The notes below the pieces were generated by a model. The model had not been told where the DNA came from, did not search any database, and worked only from the letters and a program-made list of their open reading frames with translations. Shown here piece by piece: positions 36,486-48,689 of a stretch of DNA of 64,000 bases. The DNA comes from Kofleriaceae bacterium (GTDB lineage Bacteria; Myxococcota_A; Polyangia; Haliangiales; Haliangiaceae), in assembly GCA_048500355.1 (NCBI GenBank), contig JASNYD010000006.1, forward strand, positions 544,211 through 608,210, in the 5' to 3' direction. Numbering within the stretch: the stretch's first letter is position 1; the number at the start of each line of letters is the position of its first letter. A program made the translations under genes and the position numbers.

Positions 36486-39400
36486 ATGAACCGACGACTC
36501 CTCCTCGTCCTGGGGCTGGCCGCGCTCGCGGCCGCGCTCGCGATCTACGTCCTGCGGAGCGATCGCGGTCGCGGCGACCGCGCGGCCTCCACGACCGCGA
36601 GCGGCCCCGCCGCCGGCGCGGCGGCGGGGCGCGGCGGCGCCCGCGCCGGCACCGGCGTCGTCGATCCGCGCACGCAGCGGCCGGCGTCGATCGCGGGCAC
36701 GATCCGCACCGACGGCGGCGGGCCGCTCGCCGGCGCGCGGGTGTGCACGTCCTGGTTCGCCGAGGGCGCCACCGACGACGACCGGCGCGAGCCCACCTGC
36801 ACCAGCAGCGGCGGCGACGGCGCGTACCTCCTGCGCGCCGTCGTCCCCGGCACCCACCGCGTCTTCGCCTTCGCCGACGGCCACCTGCCGGCGGCGTGGC
36901 GCGACCCCGATCCCGAGCGCGACCGGGCGTGGTTCGAGCTCGCCCCCGGCCAGGCGCGTACCGGCGTCGACCTCGCGCTGGCGCCGGGCGGCGCGGCGGT
37001 GAGCGGCGTGGTCGAGGACGTGAGCGGCGGGCCGGTGGCCGACGCCGTGGTGGAGATCCGGGCCGACCGCGGGTGGTGGTCGCGGGGCGAGGCGCGGACG
37101 ATCACCCGCAGCGACGAGCACGGGCGCTTCACGACCTGGACCCGCGCCGGGCAGATCACGGTCTCGGCGGCGGCCGACGGCTACGCCCCGGGCAACGCCA
37201 GCGCGGTGGCGCCGTCGACCCAGATCGTCGTCCTGCTGACGCCGGAGTCGGTGCTGGCCGGGCGCGTGATCGAGGCCGGCAGCGGCGCCCCGGTGCCCGA
37301 CGCCATCGTCAGCGTCGGCGACTGGCGCGCCGGCGACGAGAGCAGCGACGCCAGCACCCGCACCGACGCCGACGGCCGCTTCCGCCTGACCCGCCTCAGC
37401 CCCGGCCGCTACAAGCCGGGCGCGACCGCGCGCGGCCGCTTCGGCGAGCCGGGCGAGAGCGTGCTGCTGGGGCTGGGGCAGACCATCGAGGACGTGGTGA
37501 TCGAGGTCCACGCCGCCGCCGCGGTCCGCGGCCGGGTCGTGATCGAGGACGGCGCCGCCACCCGGCCGTGCGCCGACGCCTGGGTCAGCCTGCGCGACGC
37601 CACCGCCGACCGCTGGCAGGGCGACAGCGCCGACGACGACGGCCGGGTCGAGCTGATCTCGGTGCTGCCCGGCCGCTACGAGGTGAGCATCCACTGCGAG
37701 GGCTACCTGGCGCGCGACCGCTACGACGCCGTGGTGGTGGCGTCCGCCGACCTCGACGGCCTGGTGTGGACGGTCGGCCCCGGCGGTCGCATCCGCGGCA
37801 CGGTCCGCACCTCCGGCGGCGAGCCGGTCGCCGACGCCAGCGTGTCGGCGCGGGTCGCGGACGGCGCCGCCCGCGCCCAGCGGAGCTGGGGACACGACAC
37901 CAGCCGCGCCGACGGCACGTTCCGCATGAAGGGCCTCGCCGCCGGCGACTACGCCGTCGAGGTCCAGGCCAGCGGTCAGCGCGGGCCCGACGAGGCGCCG
38001 CGGGTGACGGTGCCGCCCGGCGGCGAGGGGACGCTCGACGTGGTCCTGCCCGCCGGCGGCACGATCGCCGGCGCCGTCGTCGACACCGACGGCAAGCCGG
38101 TGAGCGGCGCCCGGGTCCGGGTCGCCAACGACGGCTGGAGCTGGGGCGCCGGCGAGGGCCGCACCGACGACGACGGCCGCTTCGCGATCGAGGGCGTGCG
38201 CCCGGGCGAGCGCCGGGTGGTCGCCAGCCGCGGCTGGTCGCAGACGATGCGCCGGCCCGGCTCGAGCGACGACGACGTGCAGGGCGAGCGGGTGACGTGG
38301 CCGCCGGCGCCACCGCCACGGTGCGGCTGGTGGTCGAGGCCCGCTCCGGCGTCATCCGCGGCGCGGTCACCGACGAGCGCGGCCAGCCGGTGGGCGACGC
38401 CTGGGTGATCGCGTCGCGGGTGTCGGAGGCCAGCGGTCGCCTCGCCAGCAGCGCCGCCCGCGACACGCGGTGGAGCTGGGGCCGCGACGACCGCCCGGTC
38501 ATCACCGGCCCCGACGGCCGCTTCGCCGTGCGCGAGCTGGCGCCCGGCCGCTACGCCGTGCGCGCCTACCGCCGCGGCGGCGGCGAGGCGGTGGCCGAGC
38601 AGGTCGAGGTCGGCGCGACGGTGTCCCTGGTGATCCGCGCCACCGGCAGCCTCGCCGGCACCGTCGCCGTCGCCGGCGGCGGCGCGCCGCCCGACGAGCT
38701 GCACGTCGCGGTCAGCGACGAGCAGACCGGGTTCTCGCGACGCGAGCGCTTCTTCCGGACCGGCGGCGCGTTCGCGCTCCACGACCTGCCGGCCGGCACC
38801 TTCGTCGTGAGCGTCGACGCCGCCGGCGGGCGCGGCCTGGCCACCGTCGCGCTCGCCACCGGCGAGCGCAAGACCGGGCTGACGCTGGTGCTCGAGCGCA
38901 AGGTCCGGGTGCGCGGGCGCATGGTCGAGCTCGGCACGACCACGCCGGTGGCCGGGCTGCAGGCGATCGTGCAGCCCGTCCGGGGAGTGAGCACGAGCAC
39001 CTTCGTCATGAGCGAGAGCGGTGACCGCCAGCACATCAGCGGCGACGACGGCCGCTTCGAGCTCGCCGACGTCCCGACCGGCAAGAGCTGGCTCGTGGCG
39101 TGGCCGCTCGCCTGGGACAGCTCGCCGTGGGCCGGCAGCCGCACCTACGTCGAGCTCGACGCCGCGGCCGGCGCGGTGATCGACGTCGGCGACGTCGAGG
39201 TCCTGCGCCGGCGCAAGCGGACGAGCGAGCCCGACGGCGATCTGGGGTTCACGCTGGTCCAGCAGCCGCCCGGTCAGGATCCACCGCTGACCCGGCTCGA
39301 GGTCGCGCTGGTGCGGCCGCAGGGTCCGGCGGCGCGCGCGGGGCTGGCGGTCGGCGACGTGATCGTGTCGGTCGACGGCCACGACGTGCGGGGCGCGCTC

Positions 39401-39505
39401 AGCAGCCGCGCCCGGCCGCTGTGGAACGTGCTCGAGGGCACGGAGGTGACGCTGGGCCTGGCCCGCGGCGCCTCGGTCCGGATCAAGGCCGGACCGCCCC
39501 TGTGA
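36486..39505 (+). pseudogene. membrane-anchored protein with about 9 carboxypeptidase-regulatory-like (transthyretin-like) repeats and a C-terminal PDZ domain; reading frame broken by an apparent -1 nt frameshift near 38296
   Basis: N-terminal [25 protein letters not shown]; repeated (I/V)xGxVxDxxGxPVxxAxVxV...DxDGRF...PGxY modules. Frame 36486 is protein-like to about 38295 and then turns Arg/Pro junk. The +1 frame (ORF 36743..39505) is protein-like only after about 38295 and carries the last repeats plus PDZ (GLAVGDVIVSVDG). gtgacgtggccgcc versus expected gtgacgGtggccgcc. Confidence 0.6.
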
Positions 39506-39752
39506 CCCGGATCGCCCGCGCGCCGCCGGCGAAGCGGATGAGGTGAACGCGCGGGCCCTGCGACGCGCGCGGCTTGCGCGGTCCCGGGGCCCCTGCGCAA
39601 CACCCCCAACGGGCGTTCACGCCTGGTGGCCGGACCTCCTGGGTTCGCACCTCTCCAAGCGGCTGATCTTGCACACCTCAGGGCCGCCTCACGGGTCCGG
39701 ACCGGAGGATGCAATCGCCAGACGGTGTACGATCAAGCCCAGAGGAAACCCC

Positions 39753-40406
39753 ATGAAGCGTAGCCACCTCGTTGCCCTCGCCGCCGTCACCCTCGCCCCG
39801 GCCGCCGCCGCCGCTCAGCCTGGCTACGGGGCGCCCCCGCCCCCGCCGCCACCGCAGGGCTATTACTCGCAGCCGCCGACGATCCCCGGCGGCTTCCACG
39901 ACCGCACCGGCCGCATGGCCCTCGGCTTCTCGCTCGGCCTGGGCGGGCTGAACGTCGGCGGCGAGGAGGTGACCTGCCCGTCGTGCGACTACGATCCGCT
40001 CGCGGTCGAGTTCGACTTCCACATCGGCGGCATGCTGTCGCCGCGCTTCGCGCTCCTGTTCGAGGTCCAGGCCAACGGCCAGACCATCGCCGAGAACGCG
40101 TACGGCGCCGCCAGCCTGGTCCAGGCCACCGCCATGGTCGCCGGCCAGTACTGGCTGACCCCGCAGCTCTGGGTCAAGGGCGGCATCGGCGCCGCCAGCC
40201 TGTCGTACAGCTACGACGACGGCTACGCCTCGGACAGCGAGAACATCGGCGAGGGCATGGCGGTCATGGGCGCCATCGGCTACGAGGTGCTGAGCGCGCC
40301 CACGTTCTCGATCGACCTGCAGGGCCGCATCATCTCGGGCAGCTACGACTCGTTCGACGAGAACGTCACCGCGGGCTCGATCGGCGTCGGCTTCAACTGG
40401 TACTGA
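39753..40406 (+). CDS. outer-membrane beta-barrel-like protein with Pro-rich N-terminal linker
   Basis: SD aggaa; signal MKRSHLVALAAVTLAPAAAAA. Alternating hydrophobic beta-strand pattern and C-terminal aromatic (GVGFNWY). Confidence 0.6.
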   Translation: MKRSHLVALAAVTLAPAAAAAQPGYGAPPPPPPPQGYYSQPPTIPGGFHDRTGRMALGFSLGLGGLNVGGEEVTCPSCDYDPLAVEFDFHIGGMLSPRFALLFEVQANGQTIAENAYGAASLVQATAMVAGQYWLTPQLWVKGGIGAASLSYSYDDGYASDSENIGEGMAVMGAIGYEVLSAPTFSIDLQGRIISGSYDSFDENVTAGSIGVGFNWY

Positions 40407-40441
40407 CGCGACGTCTGGGCGCCGCACGGCGACGCGGTGAC

Positions 40442-40476
40442 GACGGCCGGCCTCGCGCCGGCCGTCGCGTTTTCGG
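40442..40476. terminator. rho-independent terminator-like hairpin (gacggccgg-cctcgcg-ccggccgtc followed by gcgTTTTcgg) between convergent genes
   Basis: A 9-bp GC stem with a 7-nt loop followed by a T-run, a rare feature in this GC-rich DNA. Located between the stops at 40406 (+) and 40504 (-). Confidence 0.55.
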
Positions 40477-40503
40477 CGCCCGCGGCCCCGCGGACCGCCC
40501 TCG

Positions 40504-41094
40504 TCACGGCGTCGCCGCGGCGATGGACGGCGCGATCGGGTCGGGCACGCGGTTCTTGACCGGCGGGATCGACCGCAGGTAGGCGAACATCGCGCGCAGG
40601 TCGTCGTCGGTCAGCGTGGCGATCAGCTCGGCCGGCATCGGCGGCAGGAGCGGCCGGCCCTTGCCCATGTGGCGCGCGTTGCGGATCGTGTCGATGAAGG
40701 TCTGGGCGTCCCACGTGCCGAGACCGGTCTCCGGGTCCGGCGTCAGGTTGGCGGTGAAGCTCACGCCCCACGGCCCGCTCCACGCCGTCATGGTGTCGGT
40801 CGTCGACACGTTCCACGGCCCCTGCGCGGCAGGGGGCGGCGGGACCACGACGTCCTGCGGATGCCCGGCGAGGAGGTGGGCCTCGTCGCGCTCGGGGCCG
40901 TTCGGCCCCAGCTTCATCGGCGTGTGGCAGTCGTTGCACAGCGCGGCGGTGACGAGGTACTTGCCGCGCGCCACGGGATCGTCGGCGGCCGGCGCCGGCT
41001 CGCGCGAGCCGCAGGCGGCCAGCGCGCCGGCGGCCAGCGCGAGCGCGGCGCCGAGGTAGCGGGGGGAGGGGATCGAGGCAAGACGGATCGTCAT
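40504..41094 (-). CDS. c-type cytochrome lipoprotein (single CxxCH)
   Basis: Signal and lipobox (GALALAAGALAAC-GS); heme motif CNDCH. Confidence 0.7.
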   Translation of the reverse strand: MTIRLASIPSPRYLGAALALAAGALAACGSREPAPAADDPVARGKYLVTAALCNDCHTPMKLGPNGPERDEAHLLAGHPQDVVVPPPPAAQGPWNVSTTDTMTAWSGPWGVSFTANLTPDPETGLGTWDAQTFIDTIRNARHMGKGRPLLPPMPAELIATLTDDDLRAMFAYLRSIPPVKNRVPDPIAPSIAAATP

Positions 41095-41155
41095 CTGGGT
41101 CTCCTGGTTGGCGGGCGAGCGTTGCGAGGGCGGTGGTCCAGCGCGCGGGCGCCGG

Positions 41156-42193
41156 TCAGTCGAGCTCCGTGATCCAGCGCGCGAGGAGCGCGACGGCGGC
41201 GGCGTCGGTCCGCCGCGTGCCGAGCGGCGGCATCTGGTGCTGCGGGTCGCGCGAGCGGACCCGGGCGAGGAGGACGCTGGCGTCGGGGGCGCCGGGCGCG
41301 ATCCGGACCCGCGCGGCGTCGGGATCGCCGGGCAAGGGCGCGCGGCCGATCCGACCGAGGGTGGTGCGCACCGCGGGATCGGTGGCGCCGCCGGGCTCGT
41401 CGAGGGCATGGCGCAGGTCGAGGCCGAGCTCGGCCAGCGCGCCGCGGTCGTCGTGGCAGCCGCCGCAGTTGCCGTGCAGGTAGCCGAGGGCGGCCCGCTC
41501 GGTGGGCGAGCGGGCCGCGATGCGCGGCGGCGTGACGAGGTACGCCGGCGGCAGGCCGACGAGCTGTCCGGAGGCGGCCAGCGCGGGGAGGTCGACGGCG
41601 CCGGCCGGCACGGGCTCGGCGTTAGGCGCCGCCGGATCGCGATCCGGCGAGAGCTGGAGCGCCGCGAAGCCGAGCACCGGCGTCGGCCCGTCGTGGCAGA
41701 GGCGACAGTCGCCGACCGCCGGCACCTCGTGCGGCGGCCCGCCGCCGACGTCGACGGCGGCGCCGCCCGGGACGAGCACCGCGTCGGCGCCGTCGCCGTC
41801 CCACAGGTAGGCGGCGAAGCGCCACGAGCCGTCGGCGACCCGCTCGATCATGCGGGTCTCCACCGGCCGGTCGAACGCGAACTCCTTCCACAGGCGCGTG
41901 CCGACCGGGAACACCCAGGCGTCCGGATCCGTCGCGTCGATCGCGGCGCCGGGCGGCAGGTAGATCCAGCGGCGCTTGGTGGCGCCGTCGGTCCACAGCG
42001 GATACTGGGGCGAGAACGGCCGCACGCCGGCGGCGAGGACGTCGACGGCGCCCGCGGCGTGGAGCCCGGTGTCGGCCAGGCGCACCGGCAGCGGCGCCAC
42101 GTCGGCGTGGTCGGCGCCGGCGGTGGGCGCGCAGGCCTGGCCCGAGGCCACCAGGCCCGCGGCGAGGACGAGAGCGGAGGCGCGCGGCGTCAT
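41156..42193 (-). CDS. diheme c-type cytochrome lipoprotein
   Basis: Signal MTPRASALVLAAGLVASGQAC; heme motifs CRLCH and CGGCH. Confidence 0.7.
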   Translation of the reverse strand: MTPRASALVLAAGLVASGQACAPTAGADHADVAPLPVRLADTGLHAAGAVDVLAAGVRPFSPQYPLWTDGATKRRWIYLPPGAAIDATDPDAWVFPVGTRLWKEFAFDRPVETRMIERVADGSWRFAAYLWDGDGADAVLVPGGAAVDVGGGPPHEVPAVGDCRLCHDGPTPVLGFAALQLSPDRDPAAPNAEPVPAGAVDLPALAASGQLVGLPPAYLVTPPRIAARSPTERAALGYLHGNCGGCHDDRGALAELGLDLRHALDEPGGATDPAVRTTLGRIGRAPLPGDPDAARVRIAPGAPDASVLLARVRSRDPQHQMPPLGTRRTDAAAVALLARWITELD

Positions 42194-42275
42194 GCGCCCA
42201 CCATGCCCACGATCGCGTCGCCGCGTTGCTAAGGGTTCGCTGTGCCTTCGCTAAATGTTCCCTAAGCGGAACCGA

Positions 42276-43634
42276 TCAGTCGCGCTCGACCAGCTCGAGC
42301 GGGCGCACGACGCTGAGGACGAAGCGCCCGCGGCCGGCCGGGATCATCCGGATCTCCTGGCACTTCTCCTCCAGGCGCTTGCGGAGGAGGATGAGCCGGC
42401 TCTCGAGGTTGTCGCGCAGCTCCGGCAGCCCGAGCCACGGGTCGAGGCGCAGCTCGCGGTTCGAGAACTGGGTGCGGCCGTCGCGGGTGAAGGCGTTCAC
42501 CAGCTTCCACAGGATCTTGCCGGGGACGTTGCGCACCAGGTAGTCGTCGCCGACGAAGACGCAATCGTCGCCGCGGTAGAACGTGAGGCGGAGCGGCGCC
42601 GCCGCGGCCGCGGTCGCGGCCGCCGCTCCGGACGCCTCGTCCGGATCGTCGTCGTCGTCCGACAGGTGGTCGATGGCCATCGCCACCTGGGTCGCCACGA
42701 TCTGCAGGAACGCCTCGTGCCAGTCGTCGAACGCCAGCGGGTCCCGGCTCTCGAGCGCGAGCACGCCGTGCAGCCGGTCCGAGGCGACGAGCGGCAGCGC
42801 GAGCTGCGCCGCGGCGTCGGGGAGCCCGGGCAGCGGGATCTCGGGCCGCAGGGTGGCGCCGCCGCCGGCGGCGACCACCCGATCGCGGATGGCGCGGCCG
42901 TAGCTGAGGTCGCGGGCGCCGCCGGCGCGCGCCACCTGCCGCCCGGCGGCGACGGCGCCGATCAAGCCCTCGCCGAACGCCACCTCGGCGCCGACGCCGG
43001 TGCGGCCGTAGCCGCGGCTGGCGATGGTCACCAGGCGGCCCCCGCCGTCGGGGACCAGCACCATGGCGTGGCCGAAGCCGAAGATCGCCTCGAACGCGTC
43101 GAGGGTGGCGTCGAGCAGCTCGTCGAGCCGGGTGGCGCGCGAGATGCGCGCCGACAGGCACTGCAGCGCGCGCAGCTCGTTGAGCGGCCCGCCCTCGGGC
43201 TCGAGGGTCGCGAGCGCGGGCGGGGCGCCGGCGAGGTAGCCCTCGACCTCCGCGAAGCGCGTCACCTCGCAGACGTCCGCCGACAGCAGCGCGAAGACCC
43301 CGGTCATGCCGGTCTGGGAGGCGATCGCCTGGATGCGCATCGCCATCGAGTCGAAGAGCGGACCGCTGGTCTCGGCCCGCAGGAACCGGAGGTCGAGCCG
43401 GAAGCACTCGTAGGTGAGCGGGTCCCAGAGCTCGACCTGCGCCCACGGATGCTCGGCGAGGTTGCGCCGCGTCTTGTTGAAGAACTGGCACGACAGCGCG
43501 ACGTGTCGATCGTCGACGAAGTAGACCTGACTCACGAAGGTCACGTTGGGCGTGCCGTCGCGCGCGCAGGTGGCGAGGGCCGACGGCAGGACACCCTGGA
43601 AGCAGCGGGCGAAGCGCGACAGCCGCGGGATCAC
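42276..43634 (-). CDS. GAF-domain protein with N-terminal PPOX-class (FMN-binding split-barrel-like) domain
   Basis: GTG 43634..43632 overlaps the TGA stop of the upstream gene (GTGA). N-terminal CARDGTPNVTFVSQVYFVDDRHVALSCQFFNKT; central GAF-like block (LVPDGGGRLVTIASRGYGRTGVGAEVAFGEGLIG). Domain calls are inferred. Confidence 0.6.
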   Translation of the reverse strand: MIPRLSRFARCFQGVLPSALATCARDGTPNVTFVSQVYFVDDRHVALSCQFFNKTRRNLAEHPWAQVELWDPLTYECFRLDLRFLRAETSGPLFDSMAMRIQAIASQTGMTGVFALLSADVCEVTRFAEVEGYLAGAPPALATLEPEGGPLNELRALQCLSARISRATRLDELLDATLDAFEAIFGFGHAMVLVPDGGGRLVTIASRGYGRTGVGAEVAFGEGLIGAVAAGRQVARAGGARDLSYGRAIRDRVVAAGGGATLRPEIPLPGLPDAAAQLALPLVASDRLHGVLALESRDPLAFDDWHEAFLQIVATQVAMAIDHLSDDDDDPDEASGAAAATAAAAAPLRLTFYRGDDCVFVGDDYLVRNVPGKILWKLVNAFTRDGRTQFSNRELRLDPWLGLPELRDNLESRLILLRKRLEEKCQEIRMIPAGRGRFVLSVVRPLELVERD

Positions 43635-44101
43635 GACGCCCCCATCGGTCGGCCGGCCCCGGGTCCCGGGGTCTGCTCGAAGACGGCGTCGAGGCGGACC
43701 TCGACCGCGGTCGCCGGCCAGGTCACGAGCCGGCGCACCACCGGCAGCGGCAGGCCGATGCCGGCGAGGCTCCCGGTGTAGCCGCCGGCCTGGGTCTCGA
43801 TCGCGGCGCGCTCGTCGGCGCGCGCCGGGCGCACGGCGGTGACCACGCCCTTGAGCTGGACGGTGCGGTGGGTGGCCACCTCGCAGGCGGTGACCGCCAG
43901 CGGCGCGTCGGGGGCGAGCACCGCCAGGAGCGCGGCGCCCGCCTGGTCGGCGACGAACACCGTGAACGTCCGACGATCGGCGCCGGGCCGCAGCCCCACC
44001 GCCCGCGATACCCGCGGCCGCAGCTCGGCGTCGCGCCCGGCGGCGATGAACGACATGCCCGCGCTCAGGAACGCGACCAGGTCCGCGGTCAGCTCGTGCA
44101 C
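43631..44101 (-). CDS. pyridoxamine 5'-phosphate oxidase-like (FMN-binding split barrel) family protein
   Basis: GTG 44101 start ([24 protein letters not shown]...FTVFVADQ...[17 protein letters not shown]), about 156 aa with the composition and length of the PPOX class. Weak. Confidence 0.5.
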   Translation of the reverse strand: MHELTADLVAFLSAGMSFIAAGRDAELRPRVSRAVGLRPGADRRTFTVFVADQAGAALLAVLAPDAPLAVTACEVATHRTVQLKGVVTAVRPARADERAAIETQAGGYTGSLAGIGLPLPVVRRLVTWPATAVEVRLDAVFEQTPGPGAGRPMGAS

Positions 44102-44198
44102 CCTGCCCCATCCTACCGGATCTCGCCGGCGGCGGGCCCGGGCGGCGCGGAGCGCGGCGGCCACCCGGAACTTGCTATGTTCGCGCGCGATGCGAGCG

Positions 44199-45443
44199 AA
44201 CCCGCACTTCCAGAAGCTGCCCGCCGGCTACCTGTTCCCCGAGATCGGCCGGCGCGTGCGCGCCTACGCCGCCGCCCACCCCGCGGCCAAGGTCATCCGC
44301 CTCGGCATCGGCGACGTCACCGAGCCGCTGGCGCCGGCGATCGTCGCCGCCATGCACGGCGCGGTCGACGAGCTGGCCCGCCGCGAGACCTTCCGCGGCT
44401 ACGGCCCGGAGCAGGGCTACGACTTCCTCGTCGACGCCATCCGCGCCCACGACTACCAGGCCCACGGCCTCGACGTCGCCGCCGACGAGATCTTCGTCTC
44501 CGACGGCAGCAAGTGCGACAGCGGCAACTTGCAGGAGCTGTTCGCCGCCGACGCGGTGATCGCCGTGACCGATCCGGTGTACCCGGTCTACGTCGACTCC
44601 AACGTCATGGCCGGCCGCACCGGCGCCCCCGACGCCGACGGCCGCTACCCCGGCCTGGTCTACCTGCCGGCGACCGCGGCCAACGGCTTCTGCCCGCCGC
44701 CGCCCGAGGTCATGGACGCCCACGGGATCGACGTGGTCTACCTGTGCTCGCCCAACAACCCGACCGGCGCGGTCATGACCCGCGACCAGCTCGCGGCCTG
44801 GGTGGCGTGGGCGCGCGCCCACCAGGCCCTCATCGTCTTCGACGCCGCCTACGAGGCCTACATCCAGGATCCGTCCCTGCCCCGCTCGATCTACGAGCTG
44901 CCGGGCGCGCGCGAGGTCGCGGTCGAGCTGCGCAGCTTCTCCAAGCGCGCCGGCTTCACCGGCGTGCGCTGCGGCTTCATGGTGGTGCCCCGGGAGCTGC
45001 GCGCCACCGGCGCCGGCGGCGAGGAGGTGTCGCTGCACGCGATGTGGTCGCGCCGGCACACCACCAAGTTCAACGGCGCGTCGTACGTGGTCCAGCGCGG
45101 CGCCGCCGCGGTCTACACCGCCGACGGCCTGGCCCAGACCGGGGCCCAGATCGCGTTCTACATGGAGAACGCCCGCATCCTGCGCGCCGGCCTCGCCCGC
45201 GCCGGCTTCACCGTGTACGGCGGCGAGCACGCGCCGTACATCTGGCTGGAGACGCCGACCCGGGACGGCCGCCGGCTGACCTCGTGGGAGCTGTTCGATC
45301 TGCTCCTCGACAAGGCCCACCTGGTGGGCACGCCGGGCTCGGGCTTCGGGCCCGCCGGCGAGGGCTACTTCCGGCTGTCGGCGTTCAACTCGCGCGACAA
45401 CGTCGAGGAGGCGGTGGCGCGGCTGGGGCGGGTCTTCGCCTGA
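44199..45443 (+). CDS. dapL: LL-diaminopimelate aminotransferase
   Basis: The N-terminus [16 protein letters not shown] is the hallmark of DapL. The PLP-lysine region [14 protein letters not shown] is present. 414 aa. Confidence 0.85.
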   Translation, partial: NPHFQKLPAGYLFPEIGRRVRAYAAAHPAAKVIRLGIGDVTEPLAPAIVAAMHGAVDELARRETFRGYGPEQGYDFLVDAIRAHDYQAHGLDVAADEIFVSDGSKCDSGNLQELFAADAVIAVTDPVYPVYVDSNVMAGRTGAPDADGRYPGLVYLPATAANGFCPPPPEVMDAHGIDVVYLCSPNNPTGAVMTRDQLAAWVAWARAHQALIVFDAAYEAYIQDPSLPRSIYELPGAREVAVELRSFSKRAGFTGVRCGFMVVPRELRATGAGGEEVSLHAMWSRRHTTKFNGASYVVQRGAAAVYTADGLAQTGAQIAFYMENARILRAGLARAGFTVYGGEHAPYIWLETPTRDGRRLTSWELFDLLLDKAHLVGTPGSGFGPAGEGYFRLSAFNSRDNVEEAVARLGRVFA

Positions 45444-45483
45444 TGCCGAGGCCGGCGCGGCGGGCCGTGCTACGAAGGCGTCC

Positions 45484-45741
45484 ATGAGCGAGCACCCCAC
45501 CGACTTCGTCGGCTCCGTCCACGACGCCATCCGGCAGGCCGTCCGCGAGCGCCTGCCCGACGCCGAGGTCGAGGTCACCGGCGGCGGCGGTCACTACACG
45601 ATCGGGGTGGTGTCGACCGCGTTCGACGGCAAGTCGCTGCTGGAGCGCCAGCGCCTGGTGCTGGGCGCGATCAAGCACCTGCTGTCCGGCGATCGCGCGC
45701 CGGTGCACGCGGTCGACTCGCTGACCACGCGCACGCCCTAG
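45484..45741 (+). CDS. bolA: BolA family protein
   Basis: 85 aa with a BolA/YrbA-like pattern (HxxxxxxxS...GGGHYTIGVVS...FDGKSLLERQRLV). Confidence 0.7.
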   Translation: MSEHPTDFVGSVHDAIRQAVRERLPDAEVEVTGGGGHYTIGVVSTAFDGKSLLERQRLVLGAIKHLLSGDRAPVHAVDSLTTRTP

Positions 45742-45827
45742 CGCTCGCCCGGGCGCCGTCCGGTTTCCCACGACGCGGCGTCGACGCGCGGCGCGATCGG
45801 CCCGCCGCGGGGTAGACTGCGCCGGCG

Positions 45828-47474
<1,647 letters not shown>

Positions 47475-47690
47475 GCGGCCGACGCGCGGGCGGCCGCGCG
47501 CGGTGGCGGCCGCCCTGGCGACGCGCGCGGTGGCGGCGGTGGGGCGAGCGGCGGGTGCGCGGCGGCGGGGTGGCGGCCGGGAGAGCGACGGGTGAACGGC
47601 GGCGGGGTGGCCGGGGGCCGCGCGGACGGCGCGCGGCGCGGTGGCGGCCGGGCGAATGCGGCGCCCGCGGTCCGCGTTATCCTCGGACCG

Positions 47691-48467
47691 ATGCCCAGCC
47701 CGAAGCTCAGCACCCTGCCCAGCCCGGCGCCCGGCGCCGGCGCCCGCGTCGCCATCGTCCTCGGCCTGGCCGCCTTCGGCCTCGGCTGCGGCGGCGCCTC
47801 CGGCCGCGGCGTCGAGCACCGCGGCGGCGCGGCGGCCCGCGGCGACACCCCGCCCTGCCCCACCGCCGACGCCTTGACCGCGCTGGCGCGGGGCGCCTGG
47901 GAGCTCGCCGACGGCACCGTCCACGTCGAGTGCGCCGCGCTGTGGGCCGAGGGCCAGGCCTGGTGGTACCTCGACGGCGCCGTCGAGCGCGAGGATCCGG
48001 ACGAGGGCTGGAGCGTGGACATGGGGCGCGCGCTGGTCGCCGCCGCCTCGGGCGCGACCGCGTGGCGCGAGGTCGACACCGGCATGCCACCGGCGACGCT
48101 CGACCGGTCGATCTCGGGCGACTTCACCGCCGTCGATCTCGACGGCGACGGCAGCGACGAGCTCCTGACCGTGAGCGGCTACAGCCACGGCGGTCACGAG
48201 GAGACCGCGCTCCACGTCTACCGCGTGGCCAGCGGCGCGGTGGTGGCCGCCGGCCGCCTGCCGCTGTCCGCCGACAACGCCGCCGCGGTCGAGGACGAGG
48301 CCGACATGATCCTGTGCCGGGGCGAGCACCGCCTGGTGGCAGGCCCGGGCGGCGCGACCCGGATCGAGATCACCGCCACCTGGATCGGCGCGGTCGAGCC
48401 CGACGCCTGCCCGCCCGAGGGGCGCCGCGTCTACCGCTGGACCGGCGAGGCGCTGGTGGCGGAGTGA
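47691..48467 (+). CDS. hypothetical lipoprotein
   Basis: MPSPKLSTLPSPAPGAGARVAIVLGLAAFGLGC-GG lipobox; the body is protein-like (DLDGDGSDELLTVSGYSHGGHEETALHVYRV). Flanked on both sides by G-rich direct repeats. Confidence 0.5.
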   Translation: MPSPKLSTLPSPAPGAGARVAIVLGLAAFGLGCGGASGRGVEHRGGAAARGDTPPCPTADALTALARGAWELADGTVHVECAALWAEGQAWWYLDGAVEREDPDEGWSVDMGRALVAAASGATAWREVDTGMPPATLDRSISGDFTAVDLDGDGSDELLTVSGYSHGGHEETALHVYRVASGAVVAAGRLPLSADNAAAVEDEADMILCRGEHRLVAGPGGATRIEITATWIGAVEPDACPPEGRRVYRWTGEALVAE

Positions 48468-48640
48468 CGGCGGTGGGCCGCGGGCGCGCGGCGCGCGTGG
48501 CGGCGTGACGGCGGTGGGCCGGCGGGCTCGCGGCGTGCGGCGTGACGGCGGTGGCGGGGCCCGCCAACCGTGGCCGGATTCCGGACGGGTGGCCGGAATC
48601 CGGCCGGGCGGTGGCCGGATCCCGGCCACGGCGCGCGGCG
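48468..48640. repeat. REP-like region: 3 direct copies of gtgacggcggtgggccg (about 38-nt spacing) followed by three GC hairpins (ccggattccgg / ccggaatccgg / ggccggatcccggcc)
   Basis: Read directly; sits immediately upstream of the RAYT-like transposase gene. Confidence 0.7.
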
Positions 48641-48689
48641 GATCGCGGGCTTGGCGCTGGCGCGCGGCTTGCTCCGGCAGGGTCGCGAG

